Assembly: GCA_963701745.1 (NCBI GenBank)
Contig: CAVPBE010000003.1
Span: 149,361 to 213,360 of the forward strand
Source: an uncultured Bacteroidales bacterium
GTDB taxonomy: Bacteria > Bacteroidota > Bacteroidia > Bacteroidales > VadinHA17
Length of the DNA: 64,000 nt
Direction of reading: 5' to 3'
In this document: positions 53,611-62,949 of the stretch, in pieces
Layout of the letters: each line of letters starts with the position of its first letter
How positions within the stretch are numbered: position 1 is the stretch's first letter
Notes under the pieces: model-generated
Seen by the model: only the letters and a program-made list of their open reading frames with translations
What the model was told of the DNA's origin: nothing
The model's database searches: none
Translations under genes and position numbers: made by a program

Positions 53611-55791
53611 ATGAAACAGAAGAAATTGACAGCAAAATTATTGGGCATAATAATTTTTATGATTTTTATTATGTGCAACACCTACTCACAGTCTATTGAA
53701 GGCGACTGGTACGGGAAAGCCAATATACAGGGAATAGAACTCAGACTCGTTATTCATGTATTGTCTTCTGACAATGGTTATACTTCCACCTGGGACAGTC
53801 CTGATCAGGGAGCATTTGGAATAGCCTCAACAACAACATCATACGCTTTTCCTGATTTTTCATTCACCCATGCAGGTGCAGGCTTTAAGTATGCTGGAAA
53901 AGTAAATTCCGGGTACACCGAGATAACAGGAAATCTTGAACAGGGAGGACTTAAGCTCGACATAACTTTCGGAAGAAAACCTATTGAAGCAGCTCCCAAT
54001 AGCCCTGATGCCCTGAAGAAGAAGTACGAAAAACAGGAAGTCTATATAACCATGCGGGATGGTGTAAAGTTGTTTACATCGATATATACTCCTAAAAACA
54101 TTTCTGTAAATCATCCCATCCTGCTGAACAGGACGCCATATAACATAGAACCAGGAGGAGCTTTGAATTTTAATTTCTTCATGCAGCTTTATTCAAGATA
54201 TGTGGAAGATGAATACATAATGGTTTACCAGGATGTCAGAGGAAAATATATGAGCGAAGGTGTTTATGAGGATATCCGTCCCGTCATCCCGGTAAAGAAT
54301 AACAATAAAGATATTGATGAAACAACTGACACCTGGGATACAGTTGACTGGCTTGTCAAAAATGTAAAGAATAACAATGGGAATGTTGGCATTTTTGGAA
54401 TATCATATCCTGGATTTTATTCTACAATGGGAATTATTGATGCACATCCGGCTGTAAAGGCTGTTTCTCCCCAGGCACCGGTTACTGCATGGTTCATTGG
54501 TGATGATTTTCATCATAACGGTGCATTCTTCCTGCAGGACTGTTTCAATTTTTATTACAGCAACGGCCAGCCCCACAGGAAGACTACACGGGTGGGACAT
54601 CCCTCATTCAGATATCCTGTTCCTGATAATTATGAGTTCTTTTTATCGCTTGGTGCGGTCAAAAACATCGCTCCTAAATACCTGGGCGACAGTATTAAAT
54701 TCTGGAATGATGCATTTTCGCATCCCGATTATGACGATTTCTGGAAGGCTCGGGATCCGCGTCAGTATCTAAAGAACGTAACACCGGCTGTAATGACAGT
54801 TGGCGGCTGGTTCGATGCTGAAGACCTGTACGGAGCCCTTAACACATATGAAGCAATTGAAAAACAGAATCCAGCTGAAACAGGGAATTTCCTTGTAATG
54901 GGTCCCTGGTCTCACGGTCAGTGGGCATTTGGTGAAGCAAAGAATCTTGGAAACATTTACTGGGGACTTGATGCAAACAAAAAATATGTACTCCAGGAGG
55001 AAACCTTCTTTAATCATTACCTGAAAGGAGCAAATAATACAGCAATTCCTGAGGCTTTAATTTTTGTTACAGGGTCAAATGAATGGAAAGAATTTCCATC
55101 ATGGCCTCCGAAAAACATTGTTGAAAAAAATCTTTATTTTAATTCAGGCGAAGCTGCTTCATTCCAGGCCCCGGTGACCAAAACATCTTTTGATGAATAT
55201 GTATCTGACCCATCGAATCCGGTACCATATACAGAAGATGTGCATACCAACAGGACAGAAGCATATATGACTGATGATCAACGGTTTGCTTCCAGACGTC
55301 CTGATGTAATGGTATATCAGACTGATATCCTTAGTGAAGACTTAACTCTTACAGGACCGATAAATGCTGATCTCTTTGTCACTACGACAGGAACTGATGC
55401 TGATTTTGTGGTAAAGCTGATTGACGTTTTTCCTCCCGATACAAAAGCCGGGGACCCTGATCTGAAATATCCTCTTGGAGGTTATCAGATGCTTGTGCGC
55501 GGTGAAGTTTTCAGAGGTAAATACCGCAAAAGTTTCGAAAAGCCCGAACCATTTGTGCCCGGACAGATAACTGAGGTAAAATATGAGATCCCCGATGTTG
55601 CGCATACATTTAAAAAGGGCCACAGGATTATGGTTCAGGTTCAGAATTCATGGTTCCCTCTTGTTGACAGGAATCCACAAAAATTCGTCAACATTTACAA
55701 GTGCTCCGACAGCGATTTTCAAAAGGCAACTCAGAGAATTTACCATGATTCCAAAAATCCTTCACATATTAAGGTTAACATCCTTCAATAA
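53611..55791 (+). CDS. CocE/NonD family (S15, Xaa-Pro dipeptidyl-peptidase-like) serine hydrolase, secreted
   Basis: 726-aa ORF with a signal peptide, the nucleophile elbow GISYPGFY and a C-terminal jelly-roll region. Confidence 0.75.
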   Translation: MKQKKLTAKLLGIIIFMIFIMCNTYSQSIEGDWYGKANIQGIELRLVIHVLSSDNGYTSTWDSPDQGAFGIASTTTSYAFPDFSFTHAGAGFKYAGKVNSGYTEITGNLEQGGLKLDITFGRKPIEAAPNSPDALKKKYEKQEVYITMRDGVKLFTSIYTPKNISVNHPILLNRTPYNIEPGGALNFNFFMQLYSRYVEDEYIMVYQDVRGKYMSEGVYEDIRPVIPVKNNNKDIDETTDTWDTVDWLVKNVKNNNGNVGIFGISYPGFYSTMGIIDAHPAVKAVSPQAPVTAWFIGDDFHHNGAFFLQDCFNFYYSNGQPHRKTTRVGHPSFRYPVPDNYEFFLSLGAVKNIAPKYLGDSIKFWNDAFSHPDYDDFWKARDPRQYLKNVTPAVMTVGGWFDAEDLYGALNTYEAIEKQNPAETGNFLVMGPWSHGQWAFGEAKNLGNIYWGLDANKKYVLQEETFFNHYLKGANNTAIPEALIFVTGSNEWKEFPSWPPKNIVEKNLYFNSGEAASFQAPVTKTSFDEYVSDPSNPVPYTEDVHTNRTEAYMTDDQRFASRRPDVMVYQTDILSEDLTLTGPINADLFVTTTGTDADFVVKLIDVFPPDTKAGDPDLKYPLGGYQMLVRGEVFRGKYRKSFEKPEPFVPGQITEVKYEIPDVAHTFKKGHRIMVQVQNSWFPLVDRNPQKFVNIYKCSDSDFQKATQRIYHDSKNPSHIKVNILQ

Positions 55792-55869
55792 AAAACAGGA
55801 ATTTGATACTATGAACATAAAATATCTTTATTTTGTTTCAGTATAATTAACCGATTCAAATGCAGAATT

Positions 55870-56781
55870 ATGGGAAAAAAGAATTTCACGAGAAGACAGT
55901 TCATGGCTACTATCGCAGCAGGTACCGGAACAATGATTTTCGGTAACTCGGTAAATGCAATACCTTTAGAGAGGAAAGCCCGGATGTTCGATCCTTTACA
56001 GATTGTTACCCTTGGAAAGACAGGGATCAAAACAACGCTTCTGGGAATGGGAACAGGGTATAGCGGTTACAACCGTTCCTCCAATATTACAAGGGCGGGT
56101 GTTGCAGAATCTGTTATCAGGGCTGCATATGAAAGAGGTATCCGCTTTTTTGACTGCGCCGATAGTTACGGAACTCATCCTTTCACTCAGACCGCACTTA
56201 AAGGTATCCCCAGGGAAAACTATGTCCTGGGAACAAAAATGTGGGTAACGGCAGGGGGCATTCCGGAAAAGGAAAGACCTGATTCTGCAATTGTCGTTGA
56301 CCGTTTCAGAAAAGAACTGAATACCGATTATATTGATCTTATCCAGCTGCACTGCATGACAACCGGAGCATGGTCTGATGAGCAGAGGAGATTTATGGAC
56401 GGCCTTGAAGAGCTGAAAGCAAAAAAAATAATAAAGGCGCATGGATTATCGGTACATTCATTCGATGCGCTTAAAGTTGCTTCTGAGCATCCTTGGGTCG
56501 ATGTGATCCATGTCAGGATAAATCCTTTTGGGGAAGCCATGGATCAACGAGATCCATCGGTCGTTGTTCCTGTTATTGAAAAGTTCCATAAGGCAGGAAA
56601 AGGTGTGATCGGAATGAAGCTGATAGGCGGGGGTAAGCTTAAGGATGACTCTCAAAAAATTGAAGAATCACTAAAATTTGTTCTGGGGCTTGGAACTGTT
56701 GACATGATAATCATCGGGTTTGAAAAGCCGGAGCAGATCGATAATTATGTTGAACGAATCAAGAAAATTCAGCTTAAATAA
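55870..56781 (+). CDS. Aldo/keto reductase with a twin-arginine signal peptide
   Basis: The N-terminus is TRRQFMATIAAGTGTMIFGNSVNA. The AKR motifs DCADSYG and LIQLH are present. Confidence 0.8.
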   Translation: MGKKNFTRRQFMATIAAGTGTMIFGNSVNAIPLERKARMFDPLQIVTLGKTGIKTTLLGMGTGYSGYNRSSNITRAGVAESVIRAAYERGIRFFDCADSYGTHPFTQTALKGIPRENYVLGTKMWVTAGGIPEKERPDSAIVVDRFRKELNTDYIDLIQLHCMTTGAWSDEQRRFMDGLEELKAKKIIKAHGLSVHSFDALKVASEHPWVDVIHVRINPFGEAMDQRDPSVVVPVIEKFHKAGKGVIGMKLIGGGKLKDDSQKIEESLKFVLGLGTVDMIIIGFEKPEQIDNYVERIKKIQLK

Positions 56782-56790
56782 ATAAAATGA

Positions 56791-56941
56791 AACTGTCTCA
56801 AAAGTCCTCTGTGGACCTCTATGAAAACTCTGTGATCTCTGTGTAAGTTCTTATAAATATTTGTTACCCAGAGTGCCACAGAGAAGACACAGAGCGACAC
56901 AGAGAAAACATAAATGAAATATCAGACTTATGAGAGAGCCC
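56791..56941. repeat. MITE-like element, copy D (CTCTGTG/CACAGAG core, inverted relative to copy B)
   Basis: The termini are aactgtctcaaaagtc (56791-56806) and gacttatgagagagccc (56925-56941). It aligns by eye with the reverse complement of 34077-34225. Confidence 0.7.
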
Positions 56942-56962
56942 TATTTATTAAATCAATTGCAT

Positions 56963-57862
56963 ATGAAATCCATCGTTTCTTTTCTGGCGATATTTATATT
57001 GTTCCCGACATTAATAATATCTCAGGATTCAGTCCTCTCTTCTATTCTGAAACCCGGAGCAGAGCTTAAAAAGCTCGCAGGAGATTTCAGTTTCACGGAG
57101 GGACCCGCACCCGACAAGGCGGGTAATGTTTATTTCACCGATCAGCCGAACGACAGGATAATGGTATGGAGCACTGAAGGAAAACTTTTAACCTTCATGC
57201 AGCCATCTGGCCGCTCAAACGGTCTTTTTTTTGACAACAGGGGAAACCTGTGGTCGTGTGCCGATGAGAAAAACGAACTCTGGTGCATCAGTCCAGATAA
57301 AAAGGTTGAATCAATCCTGAATACATTTAACGGTAAACTTCTGAATGGTCCGAATGATCTATGGGTTGCTACTGACGGAAGTATTTATTTTACGGATCCT
57401 TTTTACAAGAGACCTTGGTGGAGCCATACCGAAATGCCCCAGGAAAAGCAGTGTGTTTATTATCTGAGCCCCGACCATAAAAACCTGAAACGGGTTGAGG
57501 AGGAGCTTCTGCAACCAAACGGAATAGTTGGAGCCCCCGATGGAAAAACCCTTTATGTTGCTGACATAAAAGGCAATAAAACCTGGTCATATTCAATCAA
57601 TTCCGATGGCAGCTTGTCTGGTAAAAAGCTTTTTTGCGAAATGGGTTCTGATGGCATGACAATCGACCTGAAAGGGAATATTTACCTGACAGGTAAAGGG
57701 GTCACCATATTTGATAAAACAGGTAAAAAACTCGGGAATATTCCGGTGCCTGAAAACTGGACCGCTAATGTTTGTTTCGGCGGTAAGGACGGAAAATCGC
57801 TTTTCATTACTGCAAGCAAAGGCTTGTATATGATCAGGACACGTATGAAAGGAGCCTTTTGA
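56963..57862 (+). CDS. SMP-30/gluconolactonase/LRE family protein, secreted
   Basis: Contains beta-propeller motifs FTEGPA, PNDL and PNGI. The ATG at 56963 (MKSIVSF, signal peptide) is preferred because the track start at 56930 lies inside repeat copy D. Confidence 0.8.
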   Translation: MKSIVSFLAIFILFPTLIISQDSVLSSILKPGAELKKLAGDFSFTEGPAPDKAGNVYFTDQPNDRIMVWSTEGKLLTFMQPSGRSNGLFFDNRGNLWSCADEKNELWCISPDKKVESILNTFNGKLLNGPNDLWVATDGSIYFTDPFYKRPWWSHTEMPQEKQCVYYLSPDHKNLKRVEEELLQPNGIVGAPDGKTLYVADIKGNKTWSYSINSDGSLSGKKLFCEMGSDGMTIDLKGNIYLTGKGVTIFDKTGKKLGNIPVPENWTANVCFGGKDGKSLFITASKGLYMIRTRMKGAF

Positions 57863-57998
57863 TCATCAAATAAATCTCCCTTATCAAATCTTTATCACTT
57901 TTTTATTTACGTGAAATAAAAATATATATCATTGTAGCCTGATTTGAATTTTTAGATCAATTTAAGTTTTAACAGTTACGTTTCAAAAACAGGCAGAA

Positions 57999-58199
57999 AT
58001 GGAAGGGACTCGCAGAGCAGATATAAGACCGGGAATTGATGTAATGGTTGAACTCACTGAAGACAAACGCACCGGACGACTTACAGGGGGCAGGGTAAAA
58101 GAAATACTCACTTCAGCCCCGATGCATCCTCACGGAATTAAAGTAAAGCTTGAGAACGGCCTGGTTGGAAGAATCAAGCAGATAATCCAGTCTAACTGA
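57999..58199 (+). CDS. YwbE family small protein (DUF2196)
   Basis: 66-aa ORF with TGRLTGGRVKEILT ... HPHGIKVKL, characteristic of the YwbE family. Confidence 0.65.
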   Translation: MEGTRRADIRPGIDVMVELTEDKRTGRLTGGRVKEILTSAPMHPHGIKVKLENGLVGRIKQIIQSN

Positions 58200-58219
58200 T
58201 CCTCAACTTTGTAATTCAT

Positions 58220-58241
58220 AACCCGTTTCCATCGGGTTTTT
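58220..58241 (+). terminator. Intrinsic terminator after ywbE-like gene
   Basis: The stem pairs aacccg with cgggtt (58220-58238) and is followed by a T-run. Confidence 0.5.
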
Positions 58242-58355
58242 CTATGGAAATCAAATCTGTTATATTATTTCTTCATATTTTTAAGCTAAATTTGGAATGT
58301 GTGGAGATGCTTTATTCCATGCAATAGCTAAGTTTCTAACTCAAATCCGTTTAAT

Positions 58356-59681
58356 ATGAAGTACGAGGATTTCATTACCACTACTTTAGGCAAAGGAAGT
58401 GTTGTTTCCCCTCTTAAGACCTCTCAGCGGGAAGACAGTCCCGTATACAAATTCGTAAATGATAATGAGCGGATCCTTTATGAGGTTTCACTGGATGATT
58501 TCTACAGATATAAGCAGACGGGGGAGACTCCGATTTCATTTGAAAAGGCAGGCCCCAGGGAAACAATCTTTTTTGAACCTGCTAAAACAAAAGTTGCAAT
58601 AGTAACTTGCGGGGGATTGTGCCCCGGGTTTAACAATGTCATCCGGGCACTTGTTAATCAGCTTATTTACAGGTATGGAATTACCCGTATACTTGGAATA
58701 CAATATGGATATGAAGGGCTGATTCCGAAATATAACCATTCCGTGATTGAGCTTACACCTACCATGGTAAGTGATATCTATCAGTCGGGCGGTACGATTC
58801 TCGGCACATCAAGGGGGAATCAGGATGTCGGGCAGATGGTTGACACTCTGGAAATTCTGAATATCAATGTACTTTTCTGTATCGGCGGCGACGGTACCCT
58901 CAGGGGAGCACATGCTATATACAAGGAGATTGAAAAAAGAAAACTCAAAATATCAGTGGCCGGCATTCCGAAAACAATTGACAACGACATTGATCTTATG
59001 CAGAAATCATTTGGTTTTGAAACTGCTTTCTCGATTGCCAACGATATAATAATGAATGCCCATAATGAAGCTCACGGCGCCTACAATGGCATTGCACTTG
59101 TAAAGCTCATGGGCCGCGATTCGGGCTTCATCGCCGCCAGCGCCGCACTTGCAGTACAGGAAGTGAACTTTGTCCTTATTCCTGAAGTACCATTTGATCT
59201 GTATGGACCCAGGGGGTTTCTTAAAATCCTGAGAAAACGTCTTGAAGAGAGGCATCATGCTGTAATAGTTGTTGCAGAGGGGGCAGGACAGGAGTTTTTT
59301 GAAAATGAGAACGCCGAACTCGATGCCTCCGGTAATGTCAAGCATAAGGATATCGGGATCTATCTTAAGGAGAAGATCAGGGAAGAATTTAATTCCAAGG
59401 GATTTCCACATTCAATAAAATATATTGACCCAAGCTACATCATCAGGAGTGCCCCTGCAAATGCAAATGACAGCAAGTTCAGCAATCTTCTCGCCCAGAA
59501 TGCGGTCCATGCCGCGCTGGCCGGTAAAACTGACTTCGTTGTGGGATACTGGAATTATGAATTTACTCTGATTCCAATTTCTATGGCGGTGGCAAAAAGG
59601 AAAAAAATAGATGTTGAGGGGGAATTGTGGTGGAATGTTCTTGAAGCTACTGGCCAGCCCATAAGCATGAAAAATCATTGA
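58356..59681 (+). CDS. pfkA: 6-phosphofructokinase, long form, probably ATP-dependent
   Basis: 441-aa ORF with the motifs GGLCPGFNNVIRA, IGGDGTLRGA (Gly rather than Asp) and IPKTIDNDI. Confidence 0.8.
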   Translation: MKYEDFITTTLGKGSVVSPLKTSQREDSPVYKFVNDNERILYEVSLDDFYRYKQTGETPISFEKAGPRETIFFEPAKTKVAIVTCGGLCPGFNNVIRALVNQLIYRYGITRILGIQYGYEGLIPKYNHSVIELTPTMVSDIYQSGGTILGTSRGNQDVGQMVDTLEILNINVLFCIGGDGTLRGAHAIYKEIEKRKLKISVAGIPKTIDNDIDLMQKSFGFETAFSIANDIIMNAHNEAHGAYNGIALVKLMGRDSGFIAASAALAVQEVNFVLIPEVPFDLYGPRGFLKILRKRLEERHHAVIVVAEGAGQEFFENENAELDASGNVKHKDIGIYLKEKIREEFNSKGFPHSIKYIDPSYIIRSAPANANDSKFSNLLAQNAVHAALAGKTDFVVGYWNYEFTLIPISMAVAKRKKIDVEGELWWNVLEATGQPISMKNH

Positions 59682-59682
59682 T

Positions 59683-60297
59683 ATGATAAGGACAATCATT
59701 TTTGACCTTGGAAATGTGCTTATAAGCTTTATCCCTTCTGAATACCTGAAGAAGAAAAACTACCCCTCAACCATAAGAAATATTATTCTTACCGACATTT
59801 TTCAGAGTGAGGAATGGAAGAAGCTCGACAATGGAGATATAACCGTTTACGAGGCTATCGACTCAATTGCACTCAAATCTGCCCTTAAAAGGGAGGAAAT
59901 AGCCCTTGTTTTCAATTTCAGGGCTGATATAATGTTTCCCCTTGATGACAACGTCAGACTTCTTCCTGAGCTAAAAAAACAGGGTTTTGGAGTATATTAC
60001 CTTTCCAACTTCCCCCTGGATACATTTGAGGAAATAAAAAACGATTATTATTTTTTCAGGCATTTCGATGGAGGCATCATATCCGCTGAGGTAAAACTTT
60101 CAAAACCCGATGAGAGAATATACAGGTGTTTCCTTGAAAGGTACTCACTGAATGCCGGAGAATGCCTCTATATTGATGATATCGAGGAAAACGTCAGGGC
60201 CGCAGAATCAACCGGAATGCATTGTCTCCTGACAAATGGATCTCCGAAAATAGCCTCCCTGATAGAGGAAAAACTGAATATCAGGCTTGGAAATTAG
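59683..60297 (+). CDS. HAD-superfamily hydrolase (subfamily IA)
   Basis: 204-aa ORF with motif I (IIFDLGNVL) and motif IV (YIDDIEENV). Confidence 0.75.
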   Translation: MIRTIIFDLGNVLISFIPSEYLKKKNYPSTIRNIILTDIFQSEEWKKLDNGDITVYEAIDSIALKSALKREEIALVFNFRADIMFPLDDNVRLLPELKKQGFGVYYLSNFPLDTFEEIKNDYYFFRHFDGGIISAEVKLSKPDERIYRCFLERYSLNAGECLYIDDIEENVRAAESTGMHCLLTNGSPKIASLIEEKLNIRLGN

Positions 60298-60304
60298 ATT
60301 TTAA

Positions 60305-62677
60305 ATGGGACGGCATGTCTTACTTTGGGTTTTACTGACATTCGTTAGCCCTACAATCCATGCTCAAACAATTACCCAGACATTAAAGGGGGTTGTATCC
60401 GACAAAGAGACAGGCAGACCGCTGGCCGGGGCAAATATTGTGATATTAAATACCGACCCGCCATCTGGCACGTCAACTGATGCCGAGGGTAAATTCAGAC
60501 TGAATGCTGAAATAGGAAGGATCTCTGTTAAAGTTACTTTCCTTGGATACGAGGATCTTTTCATAAATGATATGCTGATTGCATCCGGTAAGGAAATTTA
60601 TATTCCGGTTGAGCTTCAGGAGAAAGTCATTCAGACAGGAGTGGCTGTTGTCAGACCCGGAGACTCAGGAAAATCGAGTCTGAATCCCATGGCAGCGGCA
60701 AGTGCCACAACAATCATAACAAAAGATGCTATGCGATATGCCGGGGGATTCTATGACCCCTCCAGGATAGTGAATGCTTTTGCCGGAATCAGCAACGCAA
60801 ATAACGACTACAGCAACGATATTGTCATCCGGGGTAATTCATCCCGCGGATTGTTGTGGCGGCTTGAGGGAATTGAGGTTCCAAATCCTAACCATTTCAG
60901 TGACGGGCAGGGAGGGAGCGGAGGGGCATTTTCAGCAATAACATCAAACGTGATTGACAATTTTGACTTTTTCACCGGGGCATTTCCCGCTGAATACGGC
61001 AATGCCTTTTCCGGAGTTATGGATCTGAAGCTGAGAAAGGGTAATTCTGATAAACGCGAATATGCATTTCAGACCGGAATGATAGGTGCTGAAATATCAA
61101 TGGAGGGCCCATTTTCAAAAAGCTCAGACGCTTCTTACCTGTTAAACGCACGGTATACAAGTTTCAAATTCCTTGCCGACCTGAAAATAATTGACCTTGA
61201 AGAAACAAATGTCGCCCCCAGCACAAGAGATATTGTTTTCAATATTAATCTGCCTCTCCGCAATTCCGGAACAATTAATTTTTTTGGTCTGCTTGCATCG
61301 AACCGGATTGGTAAAACAGTGGTGCGCGACACATTATTATGGAAAACACTTTCCGACAGGTGGGAAGAAATGGGTCTCCAAAGTTCAGTTACATTCGGTG
61401 CAAAATACCTTTATACTATGCCAGATGAAAAGACTTATCTGAAATCAGTGATAGCTTATTCCACCTTCTCTGATTCGTGGAATGAAGGTTACGTCGATTC
61501 ATCATATATCCGTATCAACAGCTATTCCTCACAATACATCTATCCTTCACTCAGGTACTCTATTCTGGCCAATCATAAACTGAATCAAAGGAACATTTTC
61601 AGAAGCGGCGTCAATCTTAATTTTCTGTCAGGCACAATGTCTGATTACAGACTGAATCCAACCGGCGGATATGATACTCTTCTTGATCCCTCTGTGAGAG
61701 GCAATTTATATCAGGGTTATTTTCAGTGGAAATACAGAAGTGCATCAAATTTTGAATTTATTGCCGGACTCCATCTTATGAAGTTTTCATTGAATGATCA
61801 GTCAAGCCTTGAGCCAAGGATCGGCATTCGATGGCAGATGGCTCCCGGAAATGTTTTTCTTGCAGGATTCGGACTCCATTCCAGAACTGAGTCTCTTGCA
61901 GTTTACAATGCTCTTATCAGAGACAAAAAAGGGGTAAGGAGTCTTTTGAATAATGATCTTGAACTTTCAAAATCCCTTCACTGGGTTGCAGGTCTGGATC
62001 TGATGATGACGGAGGATTTAAGGTTCAGGATCGAGGGTTATATTCAGTATCTTTTCAACATCCCTATTGTTAATAAAATCACAAGCCAGTATTCAACTAT
62101 AAATGCCGCAGAGAGGCTCACCGATGCAGTACTGGAAAATGCAGGGAAAGGAATGAACAACGGAGTAGAAGTTACTTTTGAAAAAACCTTCAGCCGGAAT
62201 TATTATTTCCTTATTACCGGATCCATAATGGATTCTTGGTACATGGCAGGGGACAAAAGGCGGTATAATACCTACTATAACACCCGGTACATTTCAAACA
62301 TTATCGCTGGGAAGGATTTTCCTGTCGGTAGGAATAAAAGAAACAGCATTGGAATAAACAGCCGATTTATGCTCAGGGGAGGCTACAGATATACTCCGGT
62401 AAATGAATATCTGTCGCTGAAAAGTAAACGAATCATATATGATAACTACCAGAGTTATAAAAATCAACTGCCTGATTTCATCCGGCTAGATGCTGGAATT
62501 AATTTCAGGAAGAACCAGCCGGAATATTCCTGGATAATAATGCTCGATATTCAGAATGTGACAGGAAGGAGAAATATTTTTAAAAGAAGGTTCAGTTTCG
62601 AAAATAGCCACATTATTTCTAATGATATTCTCAGTCTTGGAATGATTCCAGTTTTTAATTTCAGGGTGGAATTCTAG
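60305..62677 (+). CDS. Outer-membrane TonB-dependent-receptor-like beta-barrel with a CarboxypepD_reg N-domain
   Basis: 790-aa ORF with a signal peptide, the CarboxypepD_reg pattern LKGVVSDKETGRPLAGANIVIL, a plug-like region and the C-terminal barrel ending FNFRVEF. Confidence 0.7.
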   Translation: MGRHVLLWVLLTFVSPTIHAQTITQTLKGVVSDKETGRPLAGANIVILNTDPPSGTSTDAEGKFRLNAEIGRISVKVTFLGYEDLFINDMLIASGKEIYIPVELQEKVIQTGVAVVRPGDSGKSSLNPMAAASATTIITKDAMRYAGGFYDPSRIVNAFAGISNANNDYSNDIVIRGNSSRGLLWRLEGIEVPNPNHFSDGQGGSGGAFSAITSNVIDNFDFFTGAFPAEYGNAFSGVMDLKLRKGNSDKREYAFQTGMIGAEISMEGPFSKSSDASYLLNARYTSFKFLADLKIIDLEETNVAPSTRDIVFNINLPLRNSGTINFFGLLASNRIGKTVVRDTLLWKTLSDRWEEMGLQSSVTFGAKYLYTMPDEKTYLKSVIAYSTFSDSWNEGYVDSSYIRINSYSSQYIYPSLRYSILANHKLNQRNIFRSGVNLNFLSGTMSDYRLNPTGGYDTLLDPSVRGNLYQGYFQWKYRSASNFEFIAGLHLMKFSLNDQSSLEPRIGIRWQMAPGNVFLAGFGLHSRTESLAVYNALIRDKKGVRSLLNNDLELSKSLHWVAGLDLMMTEDLRFRIEGYIQYLFNIPIVNKITSQYSTINAAERLTDAVLENAGKGMNNGVEVTFEKTFSRNYYFLITGSIMDSWYMAGDKRRYNTYYNTRYISNIIAGKDFPVGRNKRNSIGINSRFMLRGGYRYTPVNEYLSLKSKRIIYDNYQSYKNQLPDFIRLDAGINFRKNQPEYSWIIMLDIQNVTGRRNIFKRRFSFENSHIISNDILSLGMIPVFNFRVEF

Positions 62678-62698
62678 AAAGCTTTTTTTATTTTATCC

Positions 62699-62790
62699 TA
62701 AATTCCCTCTTGGTCTCCCCCAGGGGGGAGAAAAACCTCCTACAGCTACAGGGAATTTTTCCCCCCGCAGCGGGGAATATAAAGGGGGGA
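62699..62790. repeat. Nested GC-rich hairpin element (second example)
   Basis: The outer stem pairs aaattccct (62699-62707) with agggaattt (62750-62758) and encloses ctccccc-a-gggggag. It is followed by tcccccc ... gggggga (62760-62790). Confidence 0.6.
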
Positions 62791-62949
62791 CTAAATTTTA
62801 ACAGAATTTCCCTTAAGTATTCCGTACTCTCTTCCTGGATCAGAGAATTTATTCGATTCTCAGCGACTTTACCGGAGCTAACAGCTTATTTAAATATTAG
62901 TTAATCAGACATATAGCCGGTTTTTATTGAGCATTACTCAAAATGTGAT

